In this document: piece after piece, positions 19,871-31,208 of the stretch | Numbering within the stretch: the stretch's first letter is position 1 | How the letters are laid out: each line of letters begins with the position of its first letter | From: an uncultured virus (IMG/VR IMGVR_UViG_3300037137_003071) | Taxonomy: Duplodnaviria; Heunggongvirae; Uroviricota; Caudoviricetes | Length of the DNA stretch: 64,000 bases | Virus record (IMG/VR): IMGVR_UViG_3300037137_003071 | Strand: one strand, 5' to 3' | Program-made: the position numbers and the translations under genes | Notes under the pieces: model-generated | Database searches by the model: none | The model's input: the letters and a program-made list of their open reading frames with translations, nothing else | What the model was told of the DNA's origin: nothing

Positions 19871-20983
19871 ATGAAGATCACGATCGGATACATCACGGCC
19901 CGCGAAGAGCCTCACCTCGAATGGTTGATCGCCGGGATCGAGAAGCAGGCTTCTAAGAAGGACGAGATCGAGCTGATCGTCGTCGACGCGCTCGGACGGT
20001 CCGCTTCCGCGATCGGCTTCCGTGCGATCAAGCCGATCAAGAAGCTGATCGAGACGAGGCCCAAGCCGACGATCTGGCAGGGACCTCACCGCATCACGCC
20101 ACGCGATTTCTTCGCCAATGCGAACGCCCGCAACACCGCCCTCGTCCTTTGCAGCACGTCCTACATTTGTTTCCTCGACGACCGTTGTAGGCTCGAAGCT
20201 GGCTGGCTTGAGCAAGTCCGTCGCGGCGAGCGCAAGCGTGAGTCGGTGATCTGCGGTCCCTACGACAAGCACGAGGACTGGGGGGTCTCGCTCGATCATC
20301 GGCGGCAGCGCAAGCCCCGCGGGTTGAAGAACTGCTCCGGGGCGTGGTGCTTCGGTGGCAACTTCGCGTTGCCGCTGGACTGGGCGCTCGAGATCAACGG
20401 CTGCGAGGAAGGCTGCGATCCGGTGGGCCTTGAGGACTGTGTGTTCGGTCACATGCTTGCTAACGCCGGCCGGCGAATCGACTTCGTGATCGAGATGTCC
20501 GTGCAGCAAGATCGTCGAGGGTTCGTGCATCCGCTGAACTTCCCGCGACAAGACAAGGGCCAGTCTCCCAACGACAAGAGTCACGCACTCGAAGATCGCT
20601 TTCGTGGCCGCAAGCGCACCGAGTTCACGCCCGATTTGAAGGCGCTCCGCGAGCGCCGCGCGCGGGGAGGATCATTCCCGATTCCCGATCCGAAGAGTGA
20701 TCCTCGCGACTGGTACGACGGCAGCTCGATCAGAGACGCGGGCATGACACGCGAAGAGTTGATCGCGCGTGCACAAGGAAGAGCCGAGGTGCTCGGAGAT
20801 GGGCGCCTCCGCGAAGAAGTGTCAAGGGGCACCGCGGTCAGTGTCACGGGGCGCGCAGCGCCGGCAACGGCGCCGATCGGATCGCCAGCTCTGCCGCTTG
20901 CCCCTACCACCGTGAAGGCATCGAAGGAGCCTGAATCTGCGGCGCCCGTGATCGACAAACTCGGCGAAACGCAGCGACGCTGA
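19871..20983 (+). CDS. Glycosyltransferase family 2
   Basis: LIVVD, NARN, FLDD, NGCEE...GLED. Confidence 0.7.
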   Translation: MKITIGYITAREEPHLEWLIAGIEKQASKKDEIELIVVDALGRSASAIGFRAIKPIKKLIETRPKPTIWQGPHRITPRDFFANANARNTALVLCSTSYICFLDDRCRLEAGWLEQVRRGERKRESVICGPYDKHEDWGVSLDHRRQRKPRGLKNCSGAWCFGGNFALPLDWALEINGCEEGCDPVGLEDCVFGHMLANAGRRIDFVIEMSVQQDRRGFVHPLNFPRQDKGQSPNDKSHALEDRFRGRKRTEFTPDLKALRERRARGGSFPIPDPKSDPRDWYDGSSIRDAGMTREELIARAQGRAEVLGDGRLREEVSRGTAVSVTGRAAPATAPIGSPALPLAPTTVKASKEPESAAPVIDKLGETQRR

Positions 20984-21070
20984 CGCTTATTTTCGACGGC
21001 AATTCAACGAGCAAGGCTCGGGATGTCAGAAAGGTGCCGTGGCCTTGCGGGGGGTGTAGAAGAGGGAAGC

Positions 21071-22150
21071 ATGGCGGACATTCAAAAGCGTGGTGGCACC
21101 GATGATTGCGATGACGAGCGTGGTGAGCGCGGGGAGCGCGGTCACCGAGGACATCGTGGTCACGACGGCTCCACCGGACCGACAGGTCCCACAGGCGGGG
21201 GCACGGGGCCAACGGGTCCAGCGGGCGGCAGCACAGGTCCCACGGGCCCGATGGGCTTCACGGGTCCGACGGGCTCCACCGGCGCGACTGGCACGACCGG
21301 GTTGACCGGCCCCGACGGCATTACGGGTCCGACGGGTCCTGGCCCTGCGGGTCCGACCGGGCCGACGGGACCGACAGGAAACTCCGGCAGCACAGGTCCG
21401 ACGGGACCGACTGGCGCCACCGGATCCACCGGACCGGCTGGTATTGCCAGCTCGACAGGCGCGACGGGGCCGACGGGGCCGACCGGATTCACCGGACCGG
21501 CGGGGACTGCCAGCTCGACGGGTGCAACGGGGCCAACGGGACCGACCGGACCGACGGGCGCGACGGGTTCGGGATCGACCGGACCGACTGGGCCGACGGG
21601 CACCGTCGGCGGCACGGGGTCGACAGGGCCGACCGGACCGACGGGCTCGGGATCAACCGGACCGACGGGCCCGACTGGGCCAACGGGCGCAACAGGTGCT
21701 GGCGCGACCGGGCCAACGGGTGCTACGGGGCCAACGGGGTTGATCCAGACGCAGGTCGCCAACGTCGTGGTCGACACGCTTATCGTGGCCATTGTCCCGG
21801 CCTTCGCGGTGCTTCCGCCGCTGGCGATCGTCATCGTCATCGGGGCCGGCAACGCGTTGCTGGTGAACTTCTCGGCGTCCGGTTTCAACAACGCTGCCGG
21901 CAACTCGACCTTCTTCCGCCTCCGTGTGGACGGCGTTGTGGTCAAGGGCACGGCGTTCTCGCGACCCGCTGGTGGCGGGCCGAACGCCACCGCGTCCGCT
22001 CCGATCGTCGCGAAGATCACCGGGCTCGCCGCGGGGGCACACACCGTCGATATCCAGGCGGCCACAACCGGCGGCACGACCAACATCAACCCGGTGACCG
22101 CGCTTGACTCGCAGCACGCGACGCTGCTCGTCGAAGAAGTCAGTGTGTAA
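21071..22150 (+). CDS. Collagen-like (GPT repeat) fibre protein
   Basis: Long GXT tract, [11 protein letters not shown] leader, beta-rich C-terminus. Confidence 0.85.
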   Translation: MADIQKRGGTDDCDDERGERGERGHRGHRGHDGSTGPTGPTGGGTGPTGPAGGSTGPTGPMGFTGPTGSTGATGTTGLTGPDGITGPTGPGPAGPTGPTGPTGNSGSTGPTGPTGATGSTGPAGIASSTGATGPTGPTGFTGPAGTASSTGATGPTGPTGPTGATGSGSTGPTGPTGTVGGTGSTGPTGPTGSGSTGPTGPTGPTGATGAGATGPTGATGPTGLIQTQVANVVVDTLIVAIVPAFAVLPPLAIVIVIGAGNALLVNFSASGFNNAAGNSTFFRLRVDGVVVKGTAFSRPAGGGPNATASAPIVAKITGLAAGAHTVDIQAATTGGTTNINPVTALDSQHATLLVEEVSV

Positions 22151-22162
22151 AGGAGAACCCTC

Positions 22163-22846
22163 ATGACGGACATGAATAAAAAAGCGGGCGGTCCTGACGA
22201 CTGCGATGACGGAGAGCGTGGCAGGCGTGGCCACCGCGGCCACGACGGAGCGACGGGTCCGACGGGCTCGACGGGCTTGACGGGGCCGACGGGTCCGTCC
22301 GACGGGCCCACGGGTCCGACCGGCCCGACGGGTCCGACGGGATTCGGCGCGACGGGACCGACGGGACCCTCCAACGTACAGGGACTCGCCGCGTACGGAT
22401 ACGCCGCGGGGATTCAGGAGTTCGATTACACGCAGAACCAGGACATCCAGTTCGACCTGGGAGGGCTCGTGTTCCCGAACGTCGGGATCACGCCGCCAGC
22501 TCCGAACGGCAGCACGTTCGTCGTCCTCTCGACCGGCGACTACGAGTACGACTTCTACTTCGCCGCGTTCCCCATCGGCAATCCGAACTGCGGGCTCGAT
22601 CTCGCGATCTTCCTGAACGGCGTCTCAGCCGGTCCGGCGCACACGTTCCGTAGCAACCACAACGCGAGCGGCGCGGCAGGCGACGAACTGGTCGCCCGCG
22701 GTCAGGGCATCCTCAGCATCGCTGCTGGCACACTTGTCACCCTGCGCTTCGTGGCGCCGAACAAGGGGACCGCGACGGCGTCTGGATCTGGAAGCAATAT
22801 CCAGGGCGCGAATCGCACGCTCTCTTTGAAGAAGCTCTCGCCGTGA
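22163..22846 (+). CDS. Short collagen-like protein with BclA/C1q-like C-terminal domain
   Basis: GPT repeats followed by beta-rich domain (TGDYEYDF). Confidence 0.75.
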   Translation: MTDMNKKAGGPDDCDDGERGRRGHRGHDGATGPTGSTGLTGPTGPSDGPTGPTGPTGPTGFGATGPTGPSNVQGLAAYGYAAGIQEFDYTQNQDIQFDLGGLVFPNVGITPPAPNGSTFVVLSTGDYEYDFYFAAFPIGNPNCGLDLAIFLNGVSAGPAHTFRSNHNASGAAGDELVARGQGILSIAAGTLVTLRFVAPNKGTATASGSGSNIQGANRTLSLKKLSP

Positions 22847-22965
22847 TCGGCTGATCGAACCGCGGCGGCGAGGCGGGTGTCCGGGAGGTGCGCCGATCTC
22901 GTCTCGTGGTGTCGCGTCAGTCTCGTGATTGACGCGTGCTGCACGCCAGCACTATAAGCGAGTGC

Positions 22966-23124
22966 ATGGCGAAGCGATCCAAGACGGTGACGCTCACGCT
23001 ACGCATCCCGACCGCACTTCGCGGCGCGCTTCGTGCCGCGGCAAAGGGTGATCACCGGTCGGTCAACGGCTTGGTCGTCGCGCTGCTCTGGAAGGCTCTC
23101 CCCCAGGGAGAGGCGATCAAGTGA
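22966..23124 (+). CDS. Arc-like ribbon-helix-helix DNA-binding protein
   Basis: TLTLRIP..LR..L..AA....RSVN pattern. Confidence 0.65.
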   Translation: MAKRSKTVTLTLRIPTALRGALRAAAKGDHRSVNGLVVALLWKALPQGEAIK

Positions 23125-23142
23125 TGAAGGGCTGGCGCTAGG

Positions 23143-23625
23143 ATGCTTGATCCGTACGCAACGCACGTGCCTGTCTTGGCCGCGGCCCTTGCCGCAGCGA
23201 GACCTGGACCTGTCCTGGAACTCGGGTCGGGATCCTTCTCGACGCCGATGCTGCACGCGATGTGTGCAGCAACTGGGCGTCGTCTCCTGACGCTCGACGG
23301 TGATCCGGTCTGGGCAGTGCGCTTTACCTCGTTTCGTTCAGAAACCCATCGCGTGGAGGTCGTTTCCGACTGGGAAGCGGCGATCCCCGAGGAAGCGTGG
23401 GCGGTCGTCTTCGTCGATCACGCCCCCGCTGAACGGCGCGTGCACGAGATCGCGCGGCTGCGGGAAGCCTGTGAGCTGATGGTTGTGCACGACACCGAAG
23501 ATGCTCGATACGGCTACGAGCCGATCTTCCAGAAGTTCACGCACCGCGTCGACTACAAGCGCATGAGCCCGTGGACGTCGCTGCTCTCCATGTCGCGGCC
23601 CCTCTCGAATTTTGGCCCGCTGTGA
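23143..23625 (+). CDS. Class I SAM-dependent methyltransferase-like protein
   Basis: VLELGSG..ST, VFVD, VVHD motifs. Confidence 0.65.
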   Translation: MLDPYATHVPVLAAALAAARPGPVLELGSGSFSTPMLHAMCAATGRRLLTLDGDPVWAVRFTSFRSETHRVEVVSDWEAAIPEEAWAVVFVDHAPAERRVHEIARLREACELMVVHDTEDARYGYEPIFQKFTHRVDYKRMSPWTSLLSMSRPLSNFGPL

Positions 23626-23629
23626 TTCG

Positions 23630-26600
23630 ATGATCATCGACACGCTGCCGTTCTTTTGCATTCACGTCGGGACCGCAACGGATCGACGGAAGCACTTCGA
23701 GGCCCAGTTCGAGAGAATTGGCGTGCGTCGTCTGACGGTCGTCGACGCGTTGACACCAGCCTCTGCGGAAGTCGTGGACCACTATGGGCGCGATTATCCA
23801 TGCGACGAAGCGCATGGACCCATGATGGTTGCGTGTTTTGCCAGTCACCTGAGAGCCTTGCACACCTTCGTCGAAGGGACGACGGATCCATACGCGATCG
23901 TCTGCGAGGATGACGTCTGCTTTCGCAAGGACTTCGGCGCCGCCTTCGAGCGTGTCTGGGACAACATGCCGGAGGGTTGCCCGCTGATCGCGCTGAGCTA
24001 CTGGCACACGCGCGCGGAGCTGACACCGCCGACGTGGGCGGGGCGACAACCCTCTCAGCAGAATCTCGCTCCGATCGGAGATACCGCGGGCGCACTGCTC
24101 TATCTCATCTCTCGCGCGTGGGCCATCGAAGCGCTTCTACGCTTCGATCGTCCCTTCAGGGACGTCGGCACGCCGATGCGAACGTCCGAGGCGATCACGC
24201 TGGCGAGTGGGGGCCTATTGGCTCACCCGCCCCTCGCGATAGAGCGCCCCGGCAACACGAGCTTGATCAAGCCCGATGACCCGGGTCACGTGGCCAAGCA
24301 CGTCACCTTCTATCAGCGTTGGAACTTCGACAATTTTTTCGTCGACGATCGCTACAAGCGTAAGACCGTCCACATCGAGGGGATCATGTACTCCAGCTTC
24401 CGCCCCGCCTTCTCTCCCAAGTCCTGCTACCTGCTCCGAGACTCCGACGAGGAGAGGTACTTCGGTAAGCACGGCGGCGCGCCAGAAGCTGATCTGATCG
24501 CTTGGGCGACAGAATTTATCAAACGCGATCAGATCTTCGTCGACGTCGGCGCGCACGTCGGCTCATGGGCACAGCACTTCGCTCAAGTGTGCAAGCAGGT
24601 TCATGCCTTCGAGCCTCAGCTCTCTACCTTCGAGCGTCTTCGCGAGGGTGCGTGTCTTGCCGAGCTGGACAACATCGTGTGCCACAACACGGCCCTCGGC
24701 GGGAGCGGTGAAATGGAGCTGAAGATCATCTCGGCGGACGGCGGCGGCTCGACCCTCCGCCATCGCCCCGAGATGGGTGACGTGCTCTCCGTCGAGCGGG
24801 TGCAATCCGCACAGCTCGACGACTTCGTGCTGGAGAACGTCGGCCTCATCAAGATCGACGCGGAGGGTTTCGAGATCGAAATCTTGCGGGGTGCCGCGAA
24901 GACCTTGGAGCAGCGCCCGACGCTCTTGCTCGAGGCATGGGATCATGACTGGTACGCCCACGAGCGCGAGCAGCTGATCGAGCACGTCCGATCGCTCGGC
25001 TACGACGTCACGCCGGTCATGAACTGGCCCCAGACGCTGCTCGTCACACATCCCCTCCGATCTTCGTTGAAGCGAGAGCCCGAAACGAGCACTACATCGG
25101 TGACGGAGCCGACCGGAGCGCACGGTGCAACGTCGCCTTCCATCGCGGATCAGGGCGCTACCCAAGCACTGATCCAGCGCATCGTAGACACGACGCAGCT
25201 CGGGCACGAGCGCCCGTTGCTCGGGCTCGTCATGATCGTCAAGAACGAGGCACGGCGCATCGTGGAAGTTCTCGCGTCGTATCGGTCCTACATCGACGCG
25301 TGGACGATCCTCGACACCGGATCGACCGACGGCACGCAGGACCTGATCCGCAAGGAGCTCGACGGGATCGCGGGAACGCTGCATGAGGAGCCGTTCGTGG
25401 ACTTCGCGACGAGCAGGAACCGCGCGCTCGAGCTGCACGGTACCGCGACGATGTTCTCGATCATGCCCAACGGAGACGTCTTGTCCGGCGGTCCCGAGCT
25501 GCGCACGTTCCTCGAAGCGCATCGCCGCGACTTCGCCGGCGCGTACCGCGTGCGAATCTCGCCCGGACACTACTATCACCCGCTCGTGATGCGCACGGGC
25601 ATGGGATGGCGCTACAAGTGGAGGACGCACGAATGCGCGATGGGTCCCCACGTTGGGAGCACGATCCCCGACGTGTTCGTCAATCGCGATCGCGGCGCGC
25701 GATCCGACGAAGAGTGGCGCGCGCGGTGGACGCGGGACCTCGACCTGCTCAACCGCGATCGCGCCGAAGATCCGAGCGACCCCAGGCCCTACTTCTACCT
25801 GGGGCAGACGCATGAGTGCCTGGGGCAGTTCGCGCAGGCGCTCCCCTTCTTCGAGCGGCGCGCCGAGATGGGAGGCTACTTCGACGAAGTCTTCGAGGCA
25901 AAGTTCCGCATTGGCAAGATGAAGGAGAAGCTCGATCGACCATGGGCCGAGATCCAGCAGGCGTACCTGGAGGCGTACGCGCACGATCCGCGGCGCGCCG
26001 AGCCGCTCTACGCGATCTCCGAGCATTGGTACAACAAGGGGCTCCATGCGATCTCGCGCATCTTCGCCGTCGCCGCGGCGGAGACGCCCAAGCCGCCGAC
26101 CGATCTCTTTCTCGACGAGGATGTCTACACCTGGAAGTCGGCAGATCGCGCTGCGATCTCGTCGTTCTACTCTGGGCACAAGGAAGACTCCCGCTACTGG
26201 GCGGACATCGCCCTGAGCTGGAGCCCCAACGACGAGCGTCTCCGGTCGAACCGCGCGTTCTCCGCTCCGAGTGCCAGCGAGCTGTTCGGCGCTACCGCGC
26301 GTCCGATCGAGTTCTCGCCGGAGCCGGGTTGGAATGCAAGCAACCCGTCGATCTACGCCGACGGTGATCGCGTGCGGTGCGTCGTCCGCACCGTGAACTA
26401 CAGGATCGTGAACGGATCCTACGTGACGCCCCCGGACGACGTCGTTCGAGACGAAGGTCGCTACAAGGGCTGGCAGATGATCCGGACGCGCAACTTCCTC
26501 CTCGATCTCGACGCCGATCTCAAGACGACGCGCACCGTCGAGCTGGTGGACGCGACTGGCGAGGCGCGCACGGGCTACCCGGTCCACGGCTTCGAGGACG

Positions 26601-27238
26601 CACGACTCTTCGCGTGGGAGGGGAAGTGGTGGGCGACTTCGACCGTGTGCGACTTCACCGAAGACGGCGCGAGAGAGATCGCGCTTCTCCAGATCGAGGA
26701 CGATGGATCGGTCGTCCGGGCGGAGGCCCTGCGCGGCCCGTGGAGCGTGCACGCGCAGAAGAACTGGATGCCCCTCGTCGACCATGACGTGGTGAAATTT
26801 GTCTACGCGACGCAACCGACGACGATCTTCGAGTTGGTCGTCGCAGCAGAGGATGCACGCCCTGCGTTCATGTGTGGCAAGAGCGCTTCTCACGCGCATC
26901 ACGACCTTGCTGACTACGGGCACGGGCGCTTGCGCGGTGGATCGCAGGGCGTTCGCGTCGACGGCGGCTGGATCTTCGTCGTTCACGACGTCGCGTTCCC
27001 GGGCGGCTCGAGCAGGACCTATCTCCACCGCTTCGTGCTGCTGGATGACAAGCTCCAACTCGTCTCGATGACCGATCCGTTCTACTTCGAGCAGCTCGGC
27101 ATCGAGTTCTGCGCGGGACTGGCGGCGGTCGGCGACAAGCTCGTCGCGAGCTACGCCGTCAACGACGGCTCGGCACGGCTCGGCGTCTTCGACGGCAAGG
27201 CCGTTCGGCAAGCCCTGCGCAAGAAGTTCGTGATCTAG
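23630..27238 (+). CDS. Multidomain glycan-modifying protein: GT25-like + FkbM methyltransferase + GT2/TPR + beta-propeller
   Basis: ACFASH/CEDD; VDVGAHVG/FEP/KIDAEGFE; MIVKNE/DTGSTDGT; NPSI/GFEDARLF/KNWMP/IEFCAGL. Confidence 0.8.
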   Translation: MIIDTLPFFCIHVGTATDRRKHFEAQFERIGVRRLTVVDALTPASAEVVDHYGRDYPCDEAHGPMMVACFASHLRALHTFVEGTTDPYAIVCEDDVCFRKDFGAAFERVWDNMPEGCPLIALSYWHTRAELTPPTWAGRQPSQQNLAPIGDTAGALLYLISRAWAIEALLRFDRPFRDVGTPMRTSEAITLASGGLLAHPPLAIERPGNTSLIKPDDPGHVAKHVTFYQRWNFDNFFVDDRYKRKTVHIEGIMYSSFRPAFSPKSCYLLRDSDEERYFGKHGGAPEADLIAWATEFIKRDQIFVDVGAHVGSWAQHFAQVCKQVHAFEPQLSTFERLREGACLAELDNIVCHNTALGGSGEMELKIISADGGGSTLRHRPEMGDVLSVERVQSAQLDDFVLENVGLIKIDAEGFEIEILRGAAKTLEQRPTLLLEAWDHDWYAHEREQLIEHVRSLGYDVTPVMNWPQTLLVTHPLRSSLKREPETSTTSVTEPTGAHGATSPSIADQGATQALIQRIVDTTQLGHERPLLGLVMIVKNEARRIVEVLASYRSYIDAWTILDTGSTDGTQDLIRKELDGIAGTLHEEPFVDFATSRNRALELHGTATMFSIMPNGDVLSGGPELRTFLEAHRRDFAGAYRVRISPGHYYHPLVMRTGMGWRYKWRTHECAMGPHVGSTIPDVFVNRDRGARSDEEWRARWTRDLDLLNRDRAEDPSDPRPYFYLGQTHECLGQFAQALPFFERRAEMGGYFDEVFEAKFRIGKMKEKLDRPWAEIQQAYLEAYAHDPRRAEPLYAISEHWYNKGLHAISRIFAVAAAETPKPPTDLFLDEDVYTWKSADRAAISSFYSGHKEDSRYWADIALSWSPNDERLRSNRAFSAPSASELFGATARPIEFSPEPGWNASNPSIYADGDRVRCVVRTVNYRIVNGSYVTPPDDVVRDEGRYKGWQMIRTRNFLLDLDADLKTTRTVELVDATGEARTGYPVHGFEDARLFAWEGKWWATSTVCDFTEDGAREIALLQIEDDGSVVRAEALRGPWSVHAQKNWMPLVDHDVVKFVYATQPTTIFELVVAAEDARPAFMCGKSASHAHHDLADYGHGRLRGGSQGVRVDGGWIFVVHDVAFPGGSSRTYLHRFVLLDDKLQLVSMTDPFYFEQLGIEFCAGLAAVGDKLVASYAVNDGSARLGVFDGKAVRQALRKKFVI

Positions 27239-27940
27239 ATGACACGTGAGCTTCGCATTTCGCGGGAGGTGCTCGCGAGGCCGATCGAGGAGTACCAGAC
27301 GTTCTGGTCCCGCGCCGAGCTGCTCACGATCGAGGCGTTCCTAGATCCTGAGGACGCCGCGCGTGTCACTGACTTCTTGGAGGGCGTTCCCGACAGCGCG
27401 TGGGCAGCCTCGGTACACCCCTACCATCCGAGTATCTACACGTTCGATAGCACGCCCGAGAATCGGCAGACGATCGACGACGCCATCAAGTCCGCAGCGG
27501 CGGAGTACGCGCGCGGCGGCTTCTCGTACCACTTCCGGCGCCACGAGCCGGCCGCGAGCGATCTGTTCGACTTCCAGCAGTTCGTCATGTCGGAGGCGTG
27601 CCTGTCTCTGCTCGGACGCGTGACGGGCTTGGAACTCTCGACGGGCGTGTCGGTCTTTTGCAGTCTCTACGAAGCCGGGTGCTTTCTATCCACACACACC
27701 GACACGGGCCGAGGCAAGCTCGCGTTCGTCTACAACGCGACTCGATCTTGGGACGATCGCGACGGTGGGCAGTTCCAGCTCTTGGCGCCGGACTGGTCGG
27801 AGGTCGTGGCGACCGTGCCGCCTCGACACAACAGCCTCACGTTCTTTCGAGTGGAGGATCAAGGCGTTCCTCACCGGGTGTTACCGGTGTCGCCCGCGAC
27901 AACTGCGCGGCGCCTCGCCATCTCGGGTTGGCTCGTCTGA
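27239..27940 (+). CDS. 2OG-Fe(II) oxygenase (prolyl-hydroxylase-like)
   Basis: HTD, GG, H-x-V, R-x-x-ISGW motifs. Confidence 0.75.
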   Translation: MTRELRISREVLARPIEEYQTFWSRAELLTIEAFLDPEDAARVTDFLEGVPDSAWAASVHPYHPSIYTFDSTPENRQTIDDAIKSAAAEYARGGFSYHFRRHEPAASDLFDFQQFVMSEACLSLLGRVTGLELSTGVSVFCSLYEAGCFLSTHTDTGRGKLAFVYNATRSWDDRDGGQFQLLAPDWSEVVATVPPRHNSLTFFRVEDQGVPHRVLPVSPATTARRLAISGWLV

Positions 27941-27976
27941 TCTCTGGGGCTGTGGCCTCTGTGGTAGCGTTTGGGG

Positions 27977-28546
27977 ATGGCTGTCCCCGGCACCAGGCAG
28001 ACGACGGATTCTCTGACGCAGCTCGTGACGCAGTGCCGTGACCAGCCGATCGTCTTCGACGGCGTCCGCCCGGAGCTCTGCATCGCGCTCAAGCAGATCA
28101 TCCTCGATCGGATGCAGCGCGACCGCGGTCGTAGGACCGGATCACTCAACATCGGTGGATGGAAGTCGAGCGAGGACTTCTTCACGTGGTCCGACGAGGC
28201 GGTGCAGGAGCTTCGCGCCACGATCGTCGACCTCGTCGGCGCGCGCGCGCCAGTGGCCTGGTCCATGGTGAACCGCGCGGGAAGCCAGCACCCGCGGCAC
28301 CAGCACCGCACCGCGATCCTCGTGGGTGTGTACTACGTGACCGTCGGCAGCGCCGACGCCATCACTCCCACGATCTTCGAGTGCCCGTGCGACGGGCGAG
28401 TCGTCCGCGGCGGCGACCGCTACGAGCTGGAGGTCGAGCCACACCCGGGTCGGCTCGTGCTCTGCCGCGGCGAGACATGGCACCGCGTCCCTGCCTATCC
28501 CGGCGAGCTGCCGCGGATCACGATCGCGTTCGACGTACGGCGCTGA
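27977..28546 (+). CDS. Putative 2OG-Fe(II) oxygenase (TIGR02466-like)
   Basis: GGWKS, HQH, GVYYV, WHRV, RITIAFD. Confidence 0.7.
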   Translation: MAVPGTRQTTDSLTQLVTQCRDQPIVFDGVRPELCIALKQIILDRMQRDRGRRTGSLNIGGWKSSEDFFTWSDEAVQELRATIVDLVGARAPVAWSMVNRAGSQHPRHQHRTAILVGVYYVTVGSADAITPTIFECPCDGRVVRGGDRYELEVEPHPGRLVLCRGETWHRVPAYPGELPRITIAFDVRR

Positions 28547-28599
28547 GGGGTCACGGCCGATTTATTGCCCGCCGTTTAGCAACAGCTTAGCGTTGGGAC

Positions 28600-29577
28600 G
28601 TGGCAGAAATCTCGATCCTCAAACCAATCGGCTGCGACGACGACGACTGCGAAGGTGAGCGGGGCGAGCGCGGGCACCGCGGCCATCGCGGGCACCGAGG
28701 ACATACGGGGCCCACAGGCCCAACGGGGCCCACAGGCCCAACGGGGCCCACAGGCCCAACGGGGCCCACAGGCCCAACGGGGCCCACAGGCCCAACGGGG
28801 CCGACCGGGGCGACCGGGGCGACGGGAAGCGCGTTGCAGCAGCAGACGCTCGAGATTCTCGGGATCATCGAGCCGCCACAGCTGCCGGCCGGCCAAACCA
28901 ACGACTACAACCCGCCGGGTCTCAGCACGGCGTCGATCATCTTGCAGGGAGCTACCGCTGGAACGTTGCTCTCCGGCATCGTCGCGCAGCCGAACGGGCG
29001 CGTTCTGTTGCTCACCAACAAGGACAACTCGGGAAATATCACGCTACTCGAAGAGGATCCGGGGAGCGCGCCTGCCAACCGCTTCCGGTTCTCCGCAGGA
29101 GCGAACGAGAACTGGTTCATCGATCGTTTCCAGACGGTGGTCTTCTTCTACGACACGACCATCTCGCGCTGGCGCGTGTGGTCGATCTACACCGAGACGT
29201 TTCCCACGCTGACCGCTGTCGATCGGATCATCCTCCAGGGCAACTTCTTGGCCGCTGGCAACAACACACCGCCACCGATCGCGGGCATCAACAACAACTA
29301 CGCACCTGGTGGCTCCGCAGCACTCTTCTGCGTCCTTCGGCAGGCGCTCACGGCGGCTGCCACGATCACCGGGCTCGCCGCCATTGGTGTCGGAAAGCGC
29401 GTCGTCATCCGCAACCTCAGCTCGACGTTCACGCTGACACTGACGCACGAAGACGCAGGATCCACCGCCTTCGAGCGCTTCAACCTGCCTGGGGCAGTGA
29501 GCGTCGTCATTCCGCCCTTCGGAAGCCGAGAGGTCATCTACGACACCATCGCGAGCCGTTGGTTCGTGGTGTCGTAA
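28600..29577 (+). CDS. Collagen-like protein with duplicated C-terminal domain
   Basis: GPT tract; two copies of NxYxP...ED.GS...RF...YDT..SRW. Confidence 0.8.
   Translation: MAEISILKPIGCDDDDCEGERGERGHRGHRGHRGHTGPTGPTGPTGPTGPTGPTGPTGPTGPTGPTGPTGATGATGSALQQQTLEILGIIEPPQLPAGQTNDYNPPGLSTASIILQGATAGTLLSGIVAQPNGRVLLLTNKDNSGNITLLEEDPGSAPANRFRFSAGANENWFIDRFQTVVFFYDTTISRWRVWSIYTETFPTLTAVDRIILQGNFLAAGNNTPPPIAGINNNYAPGGSAALFCVLRQALTAAATITGLAAIGVGKRVVIRNLSSTFTLTLTHEDAGSTAFERFNLPGAVSVVIPPFGSREVIYDTIASRWFVVS
28705..28802 (+). repeat. Perfect 18-bp tandem repeat (ACGGGGCCCACAGGCCCA x5)
   Basis: Five identical units inside the collagen tract. Confidence 0.9.
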
Positions 29578-29589
29578 GCGGATCTGCGA

Positions 29590-29970
29590 TCAGGGCTTCC
29601 GAGCGCGCACCTCGCTGTCGCCGAGTACGAAGAGTGCCAGCGCGCGATGGTGTCCGTCGGTGATGTAGTAGCTCCGAAACGACGTGGGTTTGATCTTGAT
29701 GCCCTTGTCGTCGAGCGCGTAGATCCCGTCGCGTCCCTTCTCAATGAGCCACGCGAGCGCCTCGCGCTGGGCGGGCCAGCCCTCGTGCGAGGGCACGTCC
29801 CGGCCCTCGTACGCCTGCCTGACCCGACTCGCCAGGTGGAGGAAGGGCAGGTCCATGAGCGTCGGAAAGCCGAAGACCTCCCGGAAGCCCCACCTTCGAC
29901 CTCGATGGCTACCGATTTCGCGATAGTGCAGGGTCAGGCGCCCGAACGGCACCATGATCACCTTGGACAT
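29590..29970 (-). CDS. ParB/sulfiredoxin-like small protein
   Basis: YYITDGHHRALA motif. Confidence 0.55.
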   Translation of the reverse strand: MSKVIMVPFGRLTLHYREIGSHRGRRWGFREVFGFPTLMDLPFLHLASRVRQAYEGRDVPSHEGWPAQREALAWLIEKGRDGIYALDDKGIKIKPTSFRSYYITDGHHRALALFVLGDSEVRARKP

Positions 29971-30083
29971 CTTCGATGTATATCGCGGACGTCGGACGTG
30001 CGCGTGGCAGACGCGGGCGCTCGCGCTGAGTCTCGGCCGTTTTCTTGCCCTGCTCGACGGTTGAGCCTAGCGTTGTCTCACCC

Positions 30084-30623
30084 ATGGCCGACATCTCGAT
30101 CCGTACTCCAGGTTGCGACGACGATTGCGACGACGATTGCGAGCGAGGTGAGCGCGGCAAGCGTGGCAAGCGTGGCAAGCGCGGCCACGACGGGCCTCCG
30201 GGACCCCCGGGATTCGGCCTGCTCAAGTTCTCCGGGTTCGCGACAGCCTTCTCGGAGCTTCCGGGACCCGCGATCAGCTACCTGGCCGACGTCGGCGTCG
30301 GGCTCGGCTCTGGGACGATCCTCTTCGTCGCCCCGAGCTACCCCGTCGCCATCGCACGCAGCCTGCGCAACCTGGCTGTGAACGTCCTGGGGCTCATCGT
30401 GCCGCAGAACGCTTCGATCCTTGTCGAGCTGCTCCAGAACGGGGCGCTGGTGCCTGGTTTCGCGATCACGTACGGCCCCGGCGAGACCGGCGTCAAGACA
30501 ATCGTGGCCGGACCGACGCCGTACACGATCGGCGTCACGTTCGACGTCAGGGTCACCACCTCCGGCCTCGGCCAGCTGGAAGTGGCGGGCGTGGACATGT
30601 CGGCGACAGTCGGAGTGGAGTGA
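30084..30623 (+). CDS. Short collagen-leader protein
   Basis: MADI..PGCDDDCDDDCE-RGERGKRG leader; LLKFSG domain shared with next gene. Confidence 0.75.
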   Translation: MADISIRTPGCDDDCDDDCERGERGKRGKRGKRGHDGPPGPPGFGLLKFSGFATAFSELPGPAISYLADVGVGLGSGTILFVAPSYPVAIARSLRNLAVNVLGLIVPQNASILVELLQNGALVPGFAITYGPGETGVKTIVAGPTPYTIGVTFDVRVTTSGLGQLEVAGVDMSATVGVE

Positions 30624-30628
30624 TCGTT

Positions 30629-31129
30629 ATGTCCGACGACGACTGCAAGCGAGGTAAGCGCGGTCACCGCGGACATCGTGGCCACCGCGGGCACGACGGA
30701 AATCCGGGACCCACGGTGTCCGGAGGGCTACTCAAGTTCTCCGGGCAAGCGCTGACCGCCCCGGGCGGGCTGACCGCGATCAGCTACCTGGCCGACACCG
30801 GCTTCTCGATCGTGCCCGGGCCCGTCGTCGTGGCTCCAAGCTATCCCGTGGCCCGGGCCCTCAACTTGCGAAACCTGGCGACGAACGTCTTGATCCCCGT
30901 GATCCCGCCGACCATCTTCGTCTTCATCACCATCGAGCTGCTCCAGAACGGGACCCCAGTGCCCGGCTTCACGATCACGTACGGCCCTGGCGAGACCGGC
31001 GTTAAGACGGTCGCGGTCGGTCCGGCGCCGTTCGTGGCCGGTGACAGGTTCGATCTCAAGATCTCCACCAATTCGCTCGCGGAGCTGGAGCGGGGAGCGA
31101 CCGTGTCGGCGACGGTCGGGGTCGAGTAG
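30629..31129 (+). CDS. Short collagen-leader protein (tandem paralog)
   Basis: DDDC-KRGKRGHRG leader; LLKFSG...SATVGVE domain. Confidence 0.75.
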   Translation: MSDDDCKRGKRGHRGHRGHRGHDGNPGPTVSGGLLKFSGQALTAPGGLTAISYLADTGFSIVPGPVVVAPSYPVARALNLRNLATNVLIPVIPPTIFVFITIELLQNGTPVPGFTITYGPGETGVKTVAVGPAPFVAGDRFDLKISTNSLAELERGATVSATVGVE

Positions 31130-31208
31130 TCGGGCGGTCCTCCCGGGCCGGACGGCAGCTTCAACGTCCTCGTGACTGACAACCGCTAAGCGCGAGAGGG
31201 TAGTGGCC

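Noticed and set aside
28705..28802. Perfect repeats resembling a CRISPR array
   Set aside because: No spacers; in-frame collagen GPT codons; no cas genes
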